Shown piece after piece: positions 1 through 12,648 of a DNA stretch of 64,000 nt (within the stretch, counting starts at the first letter, position 1; each line of letters opens with the position of its first letter). The notes below the pieces were generated by a model. That model saw only the letters and a program-made list of their open reading frames with translations. It made no database searches and was not told the origin of the DNA. Source of the DNA: Chitinivibrionales bacterium (lineage in GTDB: Bacteria > Fibrobacterota > Chitinivibrionia > Chitinivibrionales > WJKA01); contig JBBRUX010000006.1 of assembly GCA_038247415.1 (NCBI GenBank), positions 58,730 to 122,729 on the forward strand. Reading direction: 5' to 3'. The translations under genes were made by a program, and so were the position numbers.

Positions 1-184
1 AATATAAACCATTGCATAGGGCGAAGCAATCAAGCAAGGTAGTTGGTACTGAGGTGAGGTGGAATTTTCTTTTAAGCTTTTCTAGAATTTTTTAATTCCC
101 TATGTTACCGTAATAGTGTATAAAGTACGCTAATAATAGCTTGCTTCTAGCAGGATGCATATAAATAGCTATGGATGAGGGCAC

Positions 185-3100
185 ATGATGGCATCAGATT
201 TTCCTCCTAAAAAGGATGGGAAAAAAAATAATTCGCGCAATAAGGAATATGAGCTTCCTTTGTTGTTTGGGCCCCCAGCCTCGCTTTCTGGGGCAGAAGC
301 AGTGTCTGCGACTTTGCGCGATGCAGGGGAAATATCTGGTATTCGACTCCCAACGCAATTTATCGCAACGCACGAATTAGATCCAAATCAACCTACGATG
401 CCTCGGTATACGCTTCTTGAAAAAATTGCCCGTGGCGGGATGAGCGTTGTTTACGACGCGTTTGATTGTGACCTAAAGCGTGATGTGGCGGTTAAAGTGT
501 GTCAAACGGGCGGGGCACGAGAACGGCTGCGTCTCATTGAGGAGGCGCAGATTACCGGTCAGCTTGAACATCCCGGAATTGTCCCTGTTCATGAGATTGG
601 TGTAGCTGCGGATGGAAATTTCTTTTTTACCATGAAACTGGTTAATGGGAAAAGCCTTAAGGAAGTTATTGACGAGATACAAGCCGGTCCTACTCATAGA
701 CCCCCAGAGTATTCTGAAAGCTCTCTTTTGCTTGCCTTTATTAATGTATGCAATGCTATGGCGTTTGCGCACGCAAAGGGTGTTGTGCATCGCGATCTTA
801 AACCTGCTAACATAATGATGGGCAAATTTGGGGAAGTTCTGGTTATGGATTGGGGTTTGGCTAAAATTAAGGGTACGGTTGAACGGTTTTCTCCCAAAGA
901 TTCTACGCAAGAAGGCCCAACGAATCTTGATGACTCTTCTCAAATACTCCATAGCCAAGAATCGTCCATTCGAAGCATGCGTGAAGATACTGGGGTTGAG
1001 CTCACCATGGATGGCGCAGTTATTGGAACTCCCGCGTATATGGCACCCGAGCAAGCGAGAGGCAAGATAGATGAAGTAGATGAACAGAGTGATATCTATT
1101 CGCTTGGTGCAATACTCTACGAAATCCTAACTTTGTCCAGAGCGGTTGATGGAACTACTATCACCGAGCTTATGTCGACCGTTATAAATGGATGTATCGT
1201 CCCTCCTCATATTAAAAAGCCCGGGGTATCCCCAGAGCTCTCGGCAATTGCCCTTAAAGCTTTGGCGTGCAAAAAAAAATTCAGATATATAACAGTAAAT
1301 GAACTCAGAGAAGATGTTCAGCGCTATCTTGAGGGCCGTTCGGTAAGTGCTAAAACAGACTCGGCATATGAACGAGTAGTTAAATTTGTAAAGAGAAATA
1401 AAATTCTTTCAGGTTCCGCAATCGCTATTTTTGGGATCGTAGTTTTTTCACTTTTTGTTAATATGCATCAGCGGTCTTTAACCGAAAAAGCTTTTGTAAA
1501 CTATAAGGTTGAGCAAAAGGCCCGCGAATCTCTTATCGCTCGTGATTTTTATGAATGTCAACGCCAATGGGTCTGTGTGTTTTCAGAAGATTTTTCGGAT
1601 ACAAATGTTCGCGATCGATGGGATGTATCGTATGGGGCATTTAATGTTGATCGTGCCCATCAGGGATTTTCAAATTTAAAAGTCCCCATTAAAGTTGATA
1701 ATCGGATGCTTCATCTCACTGGTGGATTGCCGCAGTGTCTCACACTGAAAGTACCTATTCGTGGTGATTGTGCCATAGAATTTGATTGTATTCAGCCCGG
1801 AATATATCGTAATGATATCAGCTGTTTTATTGGTGCAATGGGATCATCGTATTCCGAGAATATGCCCTATACCGGATATTTGTTTCAATGTGGTGGTTTT
1901 GACAATACAAGAAACCTCATACGTCGAGCCGATGTAACACTCTGGCAACAATATGGAAAACCTATTGAGCAGGGTGCACGATACACGGTGCGGGCAGAGC
2001 GAGTAGGGGAGGTTCTTCGATTTATAGTCAATGGCGATACAATTGGGAGTATCGTTGATTCTCGTCCTCTCTATGGCGCCGATCATTCCCGGATTGGAAT
2101 TTACGGATATCGTTCTGAGTGTTTATATGGGCCAATACGAATATATCGCATGGGGGTTCCTCTTAAAGATGATTTGTTGGAAGTGGCACGATATAATCTG
2201 AAGCAAGGCAATTTTGAAACAGCGCGTGATTTGTTTGATGATATTGCTTCTGCAAGTTTTGATCCGTCTCGTAGAGAAACAGCAAAAGTTGAACTCGCAA
2301 AAACATTGCGCTTGCTAAAAATCAAGCAGATGGTTCCGGGGTATCGTGATATTTTAACAAAAAAATGGGGAATTGATAATCCGCAGCTCGATGTTATGGA
2401 TTACGGGTTGTATCTCGATTTGACAACCGCTACTCAATCGATAACGGATTTAGCACCGCTTATTGGTATTCCGTTAGGGAAATTTGAATTTGATGGGCTA
2501 CCCATTAAATCGCTTGAACCTCTTCGTGGTATGACTCTTGTAAATATCATGATGCGAAATATGGTTGTCGTTACTCTTGAGCCATTGCGAGGGATGCCGT
2601 TGGAAGGTGTTGATATTAGCTATTCGCGCCAAATTGCCTCTATTGAACCAATTTCAAACCCTTCGCTTACCGAATTGCGGGCAAATAATTGTAGTATCTC
2701 CGATATTTCGGCTTTAAAAGAAACAAATCTTAAAGTTTTAGAATTAGCCAATAATTTGGTAGTGGATCTCTCCCCCTTACAAGGCTTGCCTTTAGAGGAA
2801 ATGTTATTGTCAAATTGTGATGTAGCAGATTTGAGCCCTTTGCAGAATATGAAGCTTTTGATATTGAATGTTAACCGGGATAAACGTATAGCGGACCTAA
2901 GCCCCTTGACACATATGCCTCTTGTAAAGTTGTATCTCAAAGAAACAAGCATTCAATCGATTACGGCTCTTAAGGGAATGCCTTTGCGCATTTTAGATAT
3001 TAGTCGAACTAAGATTTCTGATATAAGCTTTCTTGAAACGCTTCCACTTAATGAGTTAATCGCATTCGAGACCAATATTACTTCGTTGAATCCTCTTTGT

Positions 3101-3805
3101 GGAAAAAAATTGACTAAGATTAATATCAGCAATACACAGGTAAAAGACCTTTCGCCATTAAGAGGAATGAATATTAATGATTTAGGAATCTTTGGACTTC
3201 CCGTACCTGATTCAATGATAGCCGTGTTGGGAAAATTAACTCTAAGTTCCCTTGAGATTGATTGGCAAACACAGAATGCCCAAAAAATGATTGTCCAACA
3301 AAAACACCTTTCGTTTATTAATCATTTCTCAATGTTATTTGTGCAAAAGCATATTGACGCTTTAAAAAGTGAAAATAATGTGAAAGAGTACGCTCAAAAA
3401 TTAGCCACCTTAGGGAAACCCATTAATGGAAGGCATGTTGTAGGAATCCCCTTGCTCCTAACTCATGCCGAAGCGAATGAATGGTGTAAACGTCATGGTG
3501 GCAGCCTGTATGCTCCTGAAGGTGAAAAAGCTTTTAAGGAGTTGCGAATATATGTAGCCTCATTGTGCGAGACTTATTCCGGAATTGGGATGGCGATTCC
3601 AATTGATCAGAGGTCACATCGATTTCGCTGGAGGGATGAATCGCTTGGGAATGAATGGTGGGCACAACCGACCGATGAGTCTGCAGCATTGCAAACTGGA
3701 TATGTTGAATTTATTGCATCAAGAGGTTTATGGTTCTCCGCACTCGAAAAAGAACAGCGGATATGCTTTATAATGGAAATTGATAAAAAATATCTTGAAA
3801 ATTGA
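185..3805 (+). CDS. Hanks-type Ser/Thr protein kinase with one TM segment, a beta-sandwich region, internalin-like leucine-rich repeats and a C-terminal lectin-like region
   Basis: ARGGMSVVY, VAVK, HRDLKPAN, DWG, GTPAYMAPE and SDIYSLG motifs; hydrophobic ILSGSAIAIFGIVVFSLFV; repeated DLSPLxGMPLxxL units. Confidence 0.9.
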   Translation: MMASDFPPKKDGKKNNSRNKEYELPLLFGPPASLSGAEAVSATLRDAGEISGIRLPTQFIATHELDPNQPTMPRYTLLEKIARGGMSVVYDAFDCDLKRDVAVKVCQTGGARERLRLIEEAQITGQLEHPGIVPVHEIGVAADGNFFFTMKLVNGKSLKEVIDEIQAGPTHRPPEYSESSLLLAFINVCNAMAFAHAKGVVHRDLKPANIMMGKFGEVLVMDWGLAKIKGTVERFSPKDSTQEGPTNLDDSSQILHSQESSIRSMREDTGVELTMDGAVIGTPAYMAPEQARGKIDEVDEQSDIYSLGAILYEILTLSRAVDGTTITELMSTVINGCIVPPHIKKPGVSPELSAIALKALACKKKFRYITVNELREDVQRYLEGRSVSAKTDSAYERVVKFVKRNKILSGSAIAIFGIVVFSLFVNMHQRSLTEKAFVNYKVEQKARESLIARDFYECQRQWVCVFSEDFSDTNVRDRWDVSYGAFNVDRAHQGFSNLKVPIKVDNRMLHLTGGLPQCLTLKVPIRGDCAIEFDCIQPGIYRNDISCFIGAMGSSYSENMPYTGYLFQCGGFDNTRNLIRRADVTLWQQYGKPIEQGARYTVRAERVGEVLRFIVNGDTIGSIVDSRPLYGADHSRIGIYGYRSECLYGPIRIYRMGVPLKDDLLEVARYNLKQGNFETARDLFDDIASASFDPSRRETAKVELAKTLRLLKIKQMVPGYRDILTKKWGIDNPQLDVMDYGLYLDLTTATQSITDLAPLIGIPLGKFEFDGLPIKSLEPLRGMTLVNIMMRNMVVVTLEPLRGMPLEGVDISYSRQIASIEPISNPSLTELRANNCSISDISALKETNLKVLELANNLVVDLSPLQGLPLEEMLLSNCDVADLSPLQNMKLLILNVNRDKRIADLSPLTHMPLVKLYLKETSIQSITALKGMPLRILDISRTKISDISFLETLPLNELIAFETNITSLNPLCGKKLTKINISNTQVKDLSPLRGMNINDLGIFGLPVPDSMIAVLGKLTLSSLEIDWQTQNAQKMIVQQKHLSFINHFSMLFVQKHIDALKSENNVKEYAQKLATLGKPINGRHVVGIPLLLTHAEANEWCKRHGGSLYAPEGEKAFKELRIYVASLCETYSGIGMAIPIDQRSHRFRWRDESLGNEWWAQPTDESAALQTGYVEFIASRGLWFSALEKEQRICFIMEIDKKYLEN

Positions 3806-3831
3806 CAAATTAGCTATTGCGAAAATATGTC

Positions 3832-3861
3832 TTGCAAAATATGTTATATACATCGTATAAT
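3832..3861 (+). promoter_or_regulatory. Putative sigma-70 promoter of the atp operon
   Basis: TTGCAA-N18-TATAAT, 33 nt upstream of the first atp ORF. Confidence 0.45.
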
Positions 3862-3894
3862 TCGTACTTGGCAATGTGGTAGTGCTTTGAACGT

Positions 3895-4131
3895 ATGACT
3901 GAAAAAAACAAACCGGATACAAAAAAGTATCGAACCGATTTTATCCGGGCAGCTAATATTTCTAGTGCCGGATTTTCGCTTGTTATTTCAACCATACTTG
4001 GGGGCGGTTTAGGGTGGGTGCTCGATAAATATTTTCACACTTCCCCTGTTCTTTCAATTATTTTTTTTGTGCTTGGAATTATAAGTGGCTTTTACAGCAT
4101 GTATCGCATAGTTCGGAATAACATTGAATAG
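3895..4131 (+). CDS. atpZ: AtpZ/AtpI family protein
   Basis: Two-TM small protein with GGGLGWVLDKYF-T-P motif; first gene of the atp operon. Confidence 0.85.
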   Translation: MTEKNKPDTKKYRTDFIRAANISSAGFSLVISTILGGGLGWVLDKYFHTSPVLSIIFFVLGIISGFYSMYRIVRNNIE

Positions 4132-4390
4132 TTTTTTTATTGGGACTGCGATAGGCTTGCTAGATTGTCTCGGTTTCTTTTACACGGTTAAGTTTCTTTT
4201 TGTCAATAAGACTATTAAAAATCCGTTTCTGTTTAGTTTTCTTGAAATTGGCCGATTGATTGCATGTGGTGTTATTCTTGTAACGCTGCTAAGAAGTAAT
4301 CTAAATTTGTCGATTTATGTAGTTCTTGGTTGTGCAATTGCATTTTCATTTGGCGGAAAATTCTTTCTGATTCTTAGAAAGACTCAATAA
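4124..4390 (+). CDS. atpI: ATP synthase protein I-like membrane protein
   Basis: Hydrophobic 88 aa ORF (TTG start) between atpZ and atpB. Confidence 0.6.
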   Translation: MNSFFIGTAIGLLDCLGFFYTVKFLFVNKTIKNPFLFSFLEIGRLIACGVILVTLLRSNLNLSIYVVLGCAIAFSFGGKFFLILRKTQ

Positions 4391-4393
4391 ATT

Positions 4394-5104
4394 ATGGATC
4401 ATACCGAAGCAGTTCTCCTTTCGTTTTTGCATTTTACCCTTCCAGGTTTAACGCATGCACAAACAATGGTTGTCGAGTACACCTGGATCGCTATTCTTCT
4501 TGTAATAGTGCCTTTGGCATTTGTTGCGGCTAATCTTAAGCGCGTCCCAAGAGGGTATCAAAATGTTGTTGAAAGTTTAATTGGTGCCTTAGAGGGCTAT
4601 ATCGTAACAATTGTTGGAACTGCTGGCCTCAAATATTTCACGCTTATTGCATCGGTATTTTTCTTTATTGCCGCAGCTAATTATCTTGGTTTGGTTCCAG
4701 GATGTCTGGCACCAACTGGCGCATTAACAACAAATGCTGCTTGGGCAATAATTGTTTTTGTATTTTATAATTTTTTAGGTTTTCAGAAGCACGGTTTTAT
4801 TGGATATATAAAGCATTTCTTTGGGCCAATCTGGTGGATGGCGCCAGTAGTTTTTGTGGTTGAGATAATTTCTCAGTTTGCACGACCACTTTCTCTTTCC
4901 TTTCGACTTTTTGCTAATTTGCTTGCTGGTGAAACAATTATAAAATTATTATTTTCGGTAGCGCTTGGATCGTTTTTGTTTTTTGTGCCTTCGTTTTGGA
5001 TGCTCTGGGAAAGCATAATAACAGCCCCAATTCAGGCATTTGTTTTCTCTTTGCTCACTATGGTGTATATCGGTGGTGCAATTGGTAGCGATGAAGAGCA
5101 TTAA
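4394..5104 (+). CDS. atpB: F0 ATP synthase subunit a
   Basis: RPLSLSFRLFANLLAG with the essential Arg; IQAFVFSLLTMVY. Confidence 0.97.
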   Translation: MDHTEAVLLSFLHFTLPGLTHAQTMVVEYTWIAILLVIVPLAFVAANLKRVPRGYQNVVESLIGALEGYIVTIVGTAGLKYFTLIASVFFFIAAANYLGLVPGCLAPTGALTTNAAWAIIVFVFYNFLGFQKHGFIGYIKHFFGPIWWMAPVVFVVEIISQFARPLSLSFRLFANLLAGETIIKLLFSVALGSFLFFVPSFWMLWESIITAPIQAFVFSLLTMVYIGGAIGSDEEH

Positions 5105-5129
5105 TATTCATTTATTATAGTAACGATAA

Positions 5130-5414
<285 letters not shown>

Positions 5415-5495
5415 ATAAGAGATAGTTGTTTTGTTGGCGAATTGATTGTTGAGCATTATAGTAAGGTAGAGAGCTTTTTTTCCTAAGAGGACGCT

Positions 5496-5990
5496 ATGGA
5501 ATTTAGTTTAAAATTATTTATTTATCAGATTGTCAATTTTGCCATTCTTATGGTAATTTTGTCGATTATTTTCAACAAGTTTATTCGTCCTTTCATGAAG
5601 AAACGAGCAGACGATATCAAATCTTCCTTCGATCAAATCGAAGTGCAGAAAAAAGATATCGAATCGCTAAAGCAAGATTACACTAATCAGGTTGCCCAGA
5701 TGCGTCAAACTGCAAAAGCAGAAATTGACAAAGCAATCGAAGAAGGTAACAAAATTCGCGAAGAGATTGTAGCCAAATCAGAAAAAGATGCTGCAGCCCT
5801 TGTTGAAAAGGCTCGCGGAGAAATCGATCATGAACGGCAAAAGGCTCTTAATTCAATTCAAAAAGAAGTTGCTCAACTTTCAATGCTTGCAGCTCGTCAA
5901 ATAATTGGCAAACAATTGGATGAAGCAACAAGCAAAAAATTAGTCGAAGATTTCCTGGCTGATCTCAATGCTTCACAACCACAGAGATAA
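5496..5990 (+). CDS. atpF: F0 ATP synthase subunit b
   Basis: N-terminal TM (QIVNFAILMVIL) followed by a charged coiled coil; operon position. Confidence 0.95.
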   Translation: MEFSLKLFIYQIVNFAILMVILSIIFNKFIRPFMKKRADDIKSSFDQIEVQKKDIESLKQDYTNQVAQMRQTAKAEIDKAIEEGNKIREEIVAKSEKDAAALVEKARGEIDHERQKALNSIQKEVAQLSMLAARQIIGKQLDEATSKKLVEDFLADLNASQPQR

Positions 5991-6004
5991 GGGCGCTATT
6001 TCGT

Positions 6005-6541
6005 ATGCTTGATAACTCGCTTGCAAATCGATACGCCGATGCCTTATATAATGCCGTTTCTAGCGCTGGATCTGTGCAAACGGCTCAACAGGAGCTTGAG
6101 GCCGTTGTTGCTCAACTGGTAGGAAACACCGATGTAAAGAGAATCCTCTTTCATCCGGCTATTCCGGTAACCGAAAAAAAGACTTTTTGCAGCGAGCTGC
6201 TTGGAAAATCTATTTCCCCCAGTGTACACAATTTTATTGACGTTTTGCTCGATTCAAAAAGAATACAATATCTTTCTCTGATTGTGGATCTTTTTATAAA
6301 GCGTGCTCTACGCGAAAACAATCGTGTAACAGCTCTCGTTCGCACAGCTCGTCCGCTCTCACCTGAGCTTAAAACCAAAATTGAGCAAGCTCTTCTTCGC
6401 TATACAGGCGTAGCAGTAGATATGTCGATACAAGAAGATGCAGAACTCATTGGCGGAATTTCTATACAAATTGGTGATAAATTGATTGATGGCAGTGTTG
6501 CTTATAAATTGCAAAAAATGACCGAATCGTTAGTTTCGTAA
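6005..6541 (+). CDS. atpH: F1 ATP synthase subunit delta
   Basis: ANRYADAL N-terminus; LIGG...IDGSV C-terminus. Confidence 0.95.
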   Translation: MLDNSLANRYADALYNAVSSAGSVQTAQQELEAVVAQLVGNTDVKRILFHPAIPVTEKKTFCSELLGKSISPSVHNFIDVLLDSKRIQYLSLIVDLFIKRALRENNRVTALVRTARPLSPELKTKIEQALLRYTGVAVDMSIQEDAELIGGISIQIGDKLIDGSVAYKLQKMTESLVS

Positions 6542-6602
6542 TGCGCTAGTGATTCCACTTTAGGAGTTCACAGCATTCTACGCTCGAAAGGAACAGGGGA
6601 CC

Positions 6603-8108
6603 ATGAAGATCAATCCCGAAGAGATTACCCAGATTATCCAGAATCGCATTCAGTCGTACCAATCGAAATTGGAGATGGTTTCAACCGGAACTGTTATTCA
6701 GGTTGGTGACGGTATCGCACGTGTATATGGTATCGATCGTTGCATGTATGCCGAACTACTCGAATTCGAAAACGGTGGATTCGGCATGGCACTTAACCTC
6801 GAACCCGATAACGTGGGTGTAGTGCTTTTGGGCGAAGACAAGTTTGTTAAAGAAGGCGATACGGTTCGTTGCACTGGGCGCGTTATGGAAGTTCCTGTTG
6901 GCAAGGAAATTATAGGTCGTATTGTAGATCCTATTGGTCAACCTCTCGATGGCAAAGGGCCAATTGCTACAACAAAATTTCGTATGCTCGAAGAAAAAGC
7001 AAAGGGAGTTGTTGAACGCGGGTCAGTTAAAGAGCCTTTGCAAACAGGGCTTAAAGCTATCGACTCCATGATTCCCATTGGTCGTGGTCAGCGCGAACTT
7101 ATTATTGGAGACCGCGGCACCGGAAAAACATCGGTTGCAGTTGATACTATTATTAATCAAAAGGGTGCTGGTGTCATTTGCATCTATGTTGCTATTGGAC
7201 AGAAACAATCGACAATTGCTCGTATTCATAAAGTTCTCGAAGATCGTGGCGCAATGGAATATACCATTATCGTTGCTGCATCGGCTTCCGATTCTGCGGC
7301 TCTGCAATATATAGCTCCCTATGCTGGTACGGCGATTGGTGAAGAAATTAGAGATAATGGTGGACATGGTCTTATAATTTACGATGATTTGTCTAAGCAT
7401 GCTGTGGCTTATCGTCAACTTTCGCTTCTTCTGCGTCGGCCTCCAGGGCGCGAAGCGTATCCCGGCGATGTGTTTAATTTGCATTCACGGTTGCTCGAAC
7501 GCTCTGCTAAATTATCTGCGGCGTTGGGTGGTGGATCGCTCACAGCACTTCCTATTATCGAAACTCAAGCAGGTGACGTTTCTGCATATATTCCAACGAA
7601 TGTTATTTCCATCACCGATGGACAAATATATCTCGAAAGTAATTTGTTTTATTCTGGTGTACGACCTGCTATTAATGCGGGTATTTCGGTATCCCGTGTT
7701 GGAGGAAAAGCTCAGACAAAAGCTATGCGTCAAGTTGCGGGCAAGCTTCGTATGGATTTGGCACAATATCGTGAACTTGCTGCCTTTGCGCAGTTTGGAT
7801 CCGAACTCGACAAGTCTGCTCTCGCACAAATAGCTCGTGGAGAACGTATGGTTGAATTGCTTAAGCAAAACGAGCAGGAACCAATGCCTTTCGAAGAGCA
7901 AGTAGCCGTCATTTTTGCTGGTTCCAACGGGTTTCTCGACGATATTCCTGTTGCAAAAATCCGGAAGTTCGAAGCAGATTTTCTCGCCCACATCAAAAGA
8001 TCCGAAGCGTCGATTCTTGTTGATTTGCGCGAAAAGAAAGAAATTACCGACGAGCTTAAAGCTAAGCTTTCTGCTGTGATAGAGACATTCAAAAAGGAAC
8101 GGATGTAA
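6603..8108 (+). CDS. atpA: F1 ATP synthase subunit alpha
   Basis: GDRGTGKT P-loop; [25 protein letters not shown]. Confidence 0.99.
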   Translation: MKINPEEITQIIQNRIQSYQSKLEMVSTGTVIQVGDGIARVYGIDRCMYAELLEFENGGFGMALNLEPDNVGVVLLGEDKFVKEGDTVRCTGRVMEVPVGKEIIGRIVDPIGQPLDGKGPIATTKFRMLEEKAKGVVERGSVKEPLQTGLKAIDSMIPIGRGQRELIIGDRGTGKTSVAVDTIINQKGAGVICIYVAIGQKQSTIARIHKVLEDRGAMEYTIIVAASASDSAALQYIAPYAGTAIGEEIRDNGGHGLIIYDDLSKHAVAYRQLSLLLRRPPGREAYPGDVFNLHSRLLERSAKLSAALGGGSLTALPIIETQAGDVSAYIPTNVISITDGQIYLESNLFYSGVRPAINAGISVSRVGGKAQTKAMRQVAGKLRMDLAQYRELAAFAQFGSELDKSALAQIARGERMVELLKQNEQEPMPFEEQVAVIFAGSNGFLDDIPVAKIRKFEADFLAHIKRSEASILVDLREKKEITDELKAKLSAVIETFKKERM

Positions 8109-8113
8109 GAGAC

Positions 8114-8971
8114 ATGGCTACAACGCGCGAGATAAAGCGTCGTATAGTCAGCGTAAAGAATACGCAGAAGATAACCAAAGCAATGGAAATGGTTTCTTCT
8201 GTAAAGCTGCGAAAGGCGCGAGCCCAAATTACTGCAGCACGTCCTTACGCCGAAAAGCTTGCTGAAATGGCAGCGCATATGCGGGAAAGTTTAACAGGTA
8301 CTGCCTCGCAACTCTTATCCGATCGTCCTCTTAAAAATATTGGTCTTGTAGTATTGACATCCGATAAGGGTATGTGTGGGGGGTTTAATTCTAATTCGAT
8401 ACGAAAGGCCATAGCTTTTATTAAAGAATCAGAAGCTGCGCCTGTGCGTATTACAACCATCGGAAAAAAAGGAACAGACTTTTTTTCGCGTAGAAAAATT
8501 CCGCTGCAAAGTTCTTATAATGATGTTTTTTTCAAGCCTGCTTATGCAATGGCCGAATCTATTGGTTCTAAATTGCTTCATGCATTTCTGGCGGGAGAAA
8601 TTGACTGCGTATATGTTGCCTACAACGAATTTAAGAGTGTTGGTTCTTCACGCGTATGTCTGGAAAAACTTTTGCCTGTTCCTGCATTAGATGCTAAAAC
8701 TCACCAGACGAAAACCGATTATCTTTTTGAACCACAACCCGAAGAGTGTATCGATGTCCTTTTGTCGAGATATTTTACTGGCCAATTATGGCGGATTATT
8801 CTTGAGTCATTTGCGTCTGAACAAAGTTCACGTATGACTGCTATGCATGGAGCAACAAAAAATGCAGGTGAACTTATCGAGAAATTGACTTTGTATTATA
8901 ATAAAGCGCGACAATCTGCAATTACTAAAGAATTGTTGGAAGTAGTAAGCGGAGCAGAAGCGCTTAAATAA
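8114..8971 (+). CDS. atpG: F1 ATP synthase subunit gamma
   Basis: KITKAMEMVS; SDKGMCGGFN; ARQSAITKEL. Confidence 0.98.
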   Translation: MATTREIKRRIVSVKNTQKITKAMEMVSSVKLRKARAQITAARPYAEKLAEMAAHMRESLTGTASQLLSDRPLKNIGLVVLTSDKGMCGGFNSNSIRKAIAFIKESEAAPVRITTIGKKGTDFFSRRKIPLQSSYNDVFFKPAYAMAESIGSKLLHAFLAGEIDCVYVAYNEFKSVGSSRVCLEKLLPVPALDAKTHQTKTDYLFEPQPEECIDVLLSRYFTGQLWRIILESFASEQSSRMTAMHGATKNAGELIEKLTLYYNKARQSAITKELLEVVSGAEALK

Positions 8972-8997
8972 CTGTGAATTCACGAAGTGTTCGATAG

Positions 8998-10461
<1,464 letters not shown>

Positions 10462-10512
10462 AAGGTTCGTATTTATCGTACACTAATCTGTAAGACGTAT
10501 AGGTGCATAACC

Positions 10513-10923
10513 ATGATTGAGCAGAGTACTTTTCAATTGCAAATTGTGACCCCTGAAAAAATTGCATTTTCCGAAAATGTAAATTATGCTATTTTTCCAG
10601 GTGCAGATGGGGATCTTGGTGTGTTGCCTCATCATGCAGCATTGCTTTCGGAGCTTGCTATTGGGGCAATTGCTGTGACCATAGGCGCTACTAAAAAAGT
10701 CTTTGCGATATCTGGCGGATTTCTTGAAGTGCGAGACAATAGCGCTACGGTTGTTGCAGACACCGTTGAAGCGGCTTCCGAGATCGATGTTGCGCGCGCC
10801 CAAAAAGCACAAGAATCAGCAATGCACCAGGCAGAAACCGGAAACGATTACGATAAAAAAGAAGCAGAATTAAGGCTTAAAAGATCTCTTAATCGCCTGA
10901 AAATAGCTTCTTCTCATTCGTAA
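10513..10923 (+). CDS. atpC: F1 ATP synthase subunit epsilon
   Basis: IVTPE; GDLGVLPHH; SGGFLEV. Confidence 0.97.
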   Translation: MIEQSTFQLQIVTPEKIAFSENVNYAIFPGADGDLGVLPHHAALLSELAIGAIAVTIGATKKVFAISGGFLEVRDNSATVVADTVEAASEIDVARAQKAQESAMHQAETGNDYDKKEAELRLKRSLNRLKIASSHS

Positions 10924-10977
10924 TTTGTAAATCCCAGGATTCTGTTGCACCTTCGCTTAACAGATGTGTAAGGAATT

Positions 10978-11757
10978 ATGGATTTATCAATTATCCTCGG
11001 TTTAGCCATCGCTTTCGGCGGCTTTTTTGCAGGTATCGTGCTGGAAGGCGGAAACGTCATGATGTACGTGGGGATTTCCGCCGCAGCGATCATCGGAGGT
11101 GGAACTATCGGCGCGGTTATGATCGCCACACCTCTGCATGTGCTCATGAAAATTCCTCAGTATATTATAATTATTATTACTGAGCGTCATTACGATATTC
11201 CTGGTGCAATAAAAATGCTTGTCGGCTTTTCTGAAAAAGCTCGACGTGAGGGAATTTTAAGTCTTGAAGCAGAGCTTTCAAATATCAAAGATGATTTTTT
11301 GCGTCAAGGCGTTCAGCTTGTTATCGATGGCACAGATCCAACGCTTGTTCGCGATACGCTCGAAACTAAAATTGCTTACATAGAAGAACGGCATCATCAT
11401 GGAATTGGTGTATTTGAAGCGGCGGGCGGATTTGCCCCTACTATGGGAATTATTGGGACTGTTCTTGGTCTTATCAATGTGCTTTCCAATTTGTCGCAAC
11501 CCGAAACGTTGGGAGCAGCTATTGCACTTGCCTTTATTGCGACATTGTATGGAATTTTGTCAGCAAATATTCTTTATCTCCCAATGGCCGTTAAGCTCAA
11601 ACATAAGCATAAGGCCGAACAAGTTTACAAAGAGATCTTGCTGGAAGGTATTTTGTGCCTTCAATCGGGTGATAATCCTCGCATGGTAGAACAAAAGCTC
11701 AAGGCTTTCCTCTCTACTGGAGACGCCAAAAAAATCGAGAGCGTTAATAAACAATAG
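10978..11757 (+). CDS. motA: Flagellar motor stator MotA
   Basis: ARREGILSLE; APTMGIIGTVLGLI; AFIATLYG. Confidence 0.93.
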   Translation: MDLSIILGLAIAFGGFFAGIVLEGGNVMMYVGISAAAIIGGGTIGAVMIATPLHVLMKIPQYIIIIITERHYDIPGAIKMLVGFSEKARREGILSLEAELSNIKDDFLRQGVQLVIDGTDPTLVRDTLETKIAYIEERHHHGIGVFEAAGGFAPTMGIIGTVLGLINVLSNLSQPETLGAAIALAFIATLYGILSANILYLPMAVKLKHKHKAEQVYKEILLEGILCLQSGDNPRMVEQKLKAFLSTGDAKKIESVNKQ

Positions 11758-11769
11758 AGCGCTTTTCGT

Positions 11770-12645
11770 ATGCCAAAAAAGAAACCGCCAGCTGCCGAAA
11801 AGGAAAATGCCGAGCGTTGGCTTCTTACCTATGCCGATCTGATTACCTTGCTTATGGTGTTTTTTGTGGTGCTTTACAGCATGAGTTCTGTGAACGCCCA
11901 AAAATTTTCGGAACTTTCAGAATCACTTTCAATTATGTTTGGCCAAACAGGGCGCAGCGGCGTTCTTGACGGAGGCCGCACTGTACTTCCCGATCCCAAA
12001 ACACACAAACAGCCTCGCGAAATTACAAATACCAAGAATCGAATCAATAAGTTGATTGCTAAAATGGGACTCGAAGGAAAAATTCAGGCAACACTTCAGG
12101 AACGTGGGCTTGTAATAAGCATGCACGATACGGTGCTCTTTAAGCTCGGGAATGCTGAGCTTGGACCAGAGGCGAAAGCTGTTATGGGTAGGTTAGCACA
12201 AGTACTCACAAGCATTCCCAACGCAATTCGCATTGAAGGCCACACCGATAATATACCTATTCATACAAGTCAATTTTTTTCAAACTGGGAACTTTCTACT
12301 GCTCGAGCAACTAATGTGTTGCAGTTTCTAGCCCAAGATGATCTCATTGTACCTGATAGACTATCTGCTGCGGGATATGGTCAATATCGACCAATAGCGG
12401 ATAATTCAACAGAATATAATAGGGCAATAAATAGGCGTGTAGATATCGTTGTACTCTCGGAGGAATTCAATAGGTTTGAGCCAGGTCAGACTGATACGCT
12501 TGGAACCGAAGATGTAAAAAGTCCTTTAGAAAAACTCGATTCAATAACTTCTGCCCGCGAAGCGGCTTCGGGGGAGATTAATTCCTGGATTGTGCCACAA
12601 GAAAAAACGTCCGCAGATCAACAGGCATTAAAGGGAGAACATTAA
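11770..12645 (+). CDS. motB: Flagellar motor stator MotB with OmpA-like peptidoglycan-binding domain
   Basis: WLLTYADLITLL TM with the conserved Asp; IEGHTD, SNWELSTARA, NRRVDI. Confidence 0.93.
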   Translation: MPKKKPPAAEKENAERWLLTYADLITLLMVFFVVLYSMSSVNAQKFSELSESLSIMFGQTGRSGVLDGGRTVLPDPKTHKQPREITNTKNRINKLIAKMGLEGKIQATLQERGLVISMHDTVLFKLGNAELGPEAKAVMGRLAQVLTSIPNAIRIEGHTDNIPIHTSQFFSNWELSTARATNVLQFLAQDDLIVPDRLSAAGYGQYRPIADNSTEYNRAINRRVDIVVLSEEFNRFEPGQTDTLGTEDVKSPLEKLDSITSAREAASGEINSWIVPQEKTSADQQALKGEH

Positions 12646-12648
12646 TCT

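Noticed and set aside
2420..3200. Tandem DNA repeat or CRISPR-like array
   Set aside because: The periodicity is protein-level LRR with divergent codons; no repeat-spacer array was seen anywhere in the window.
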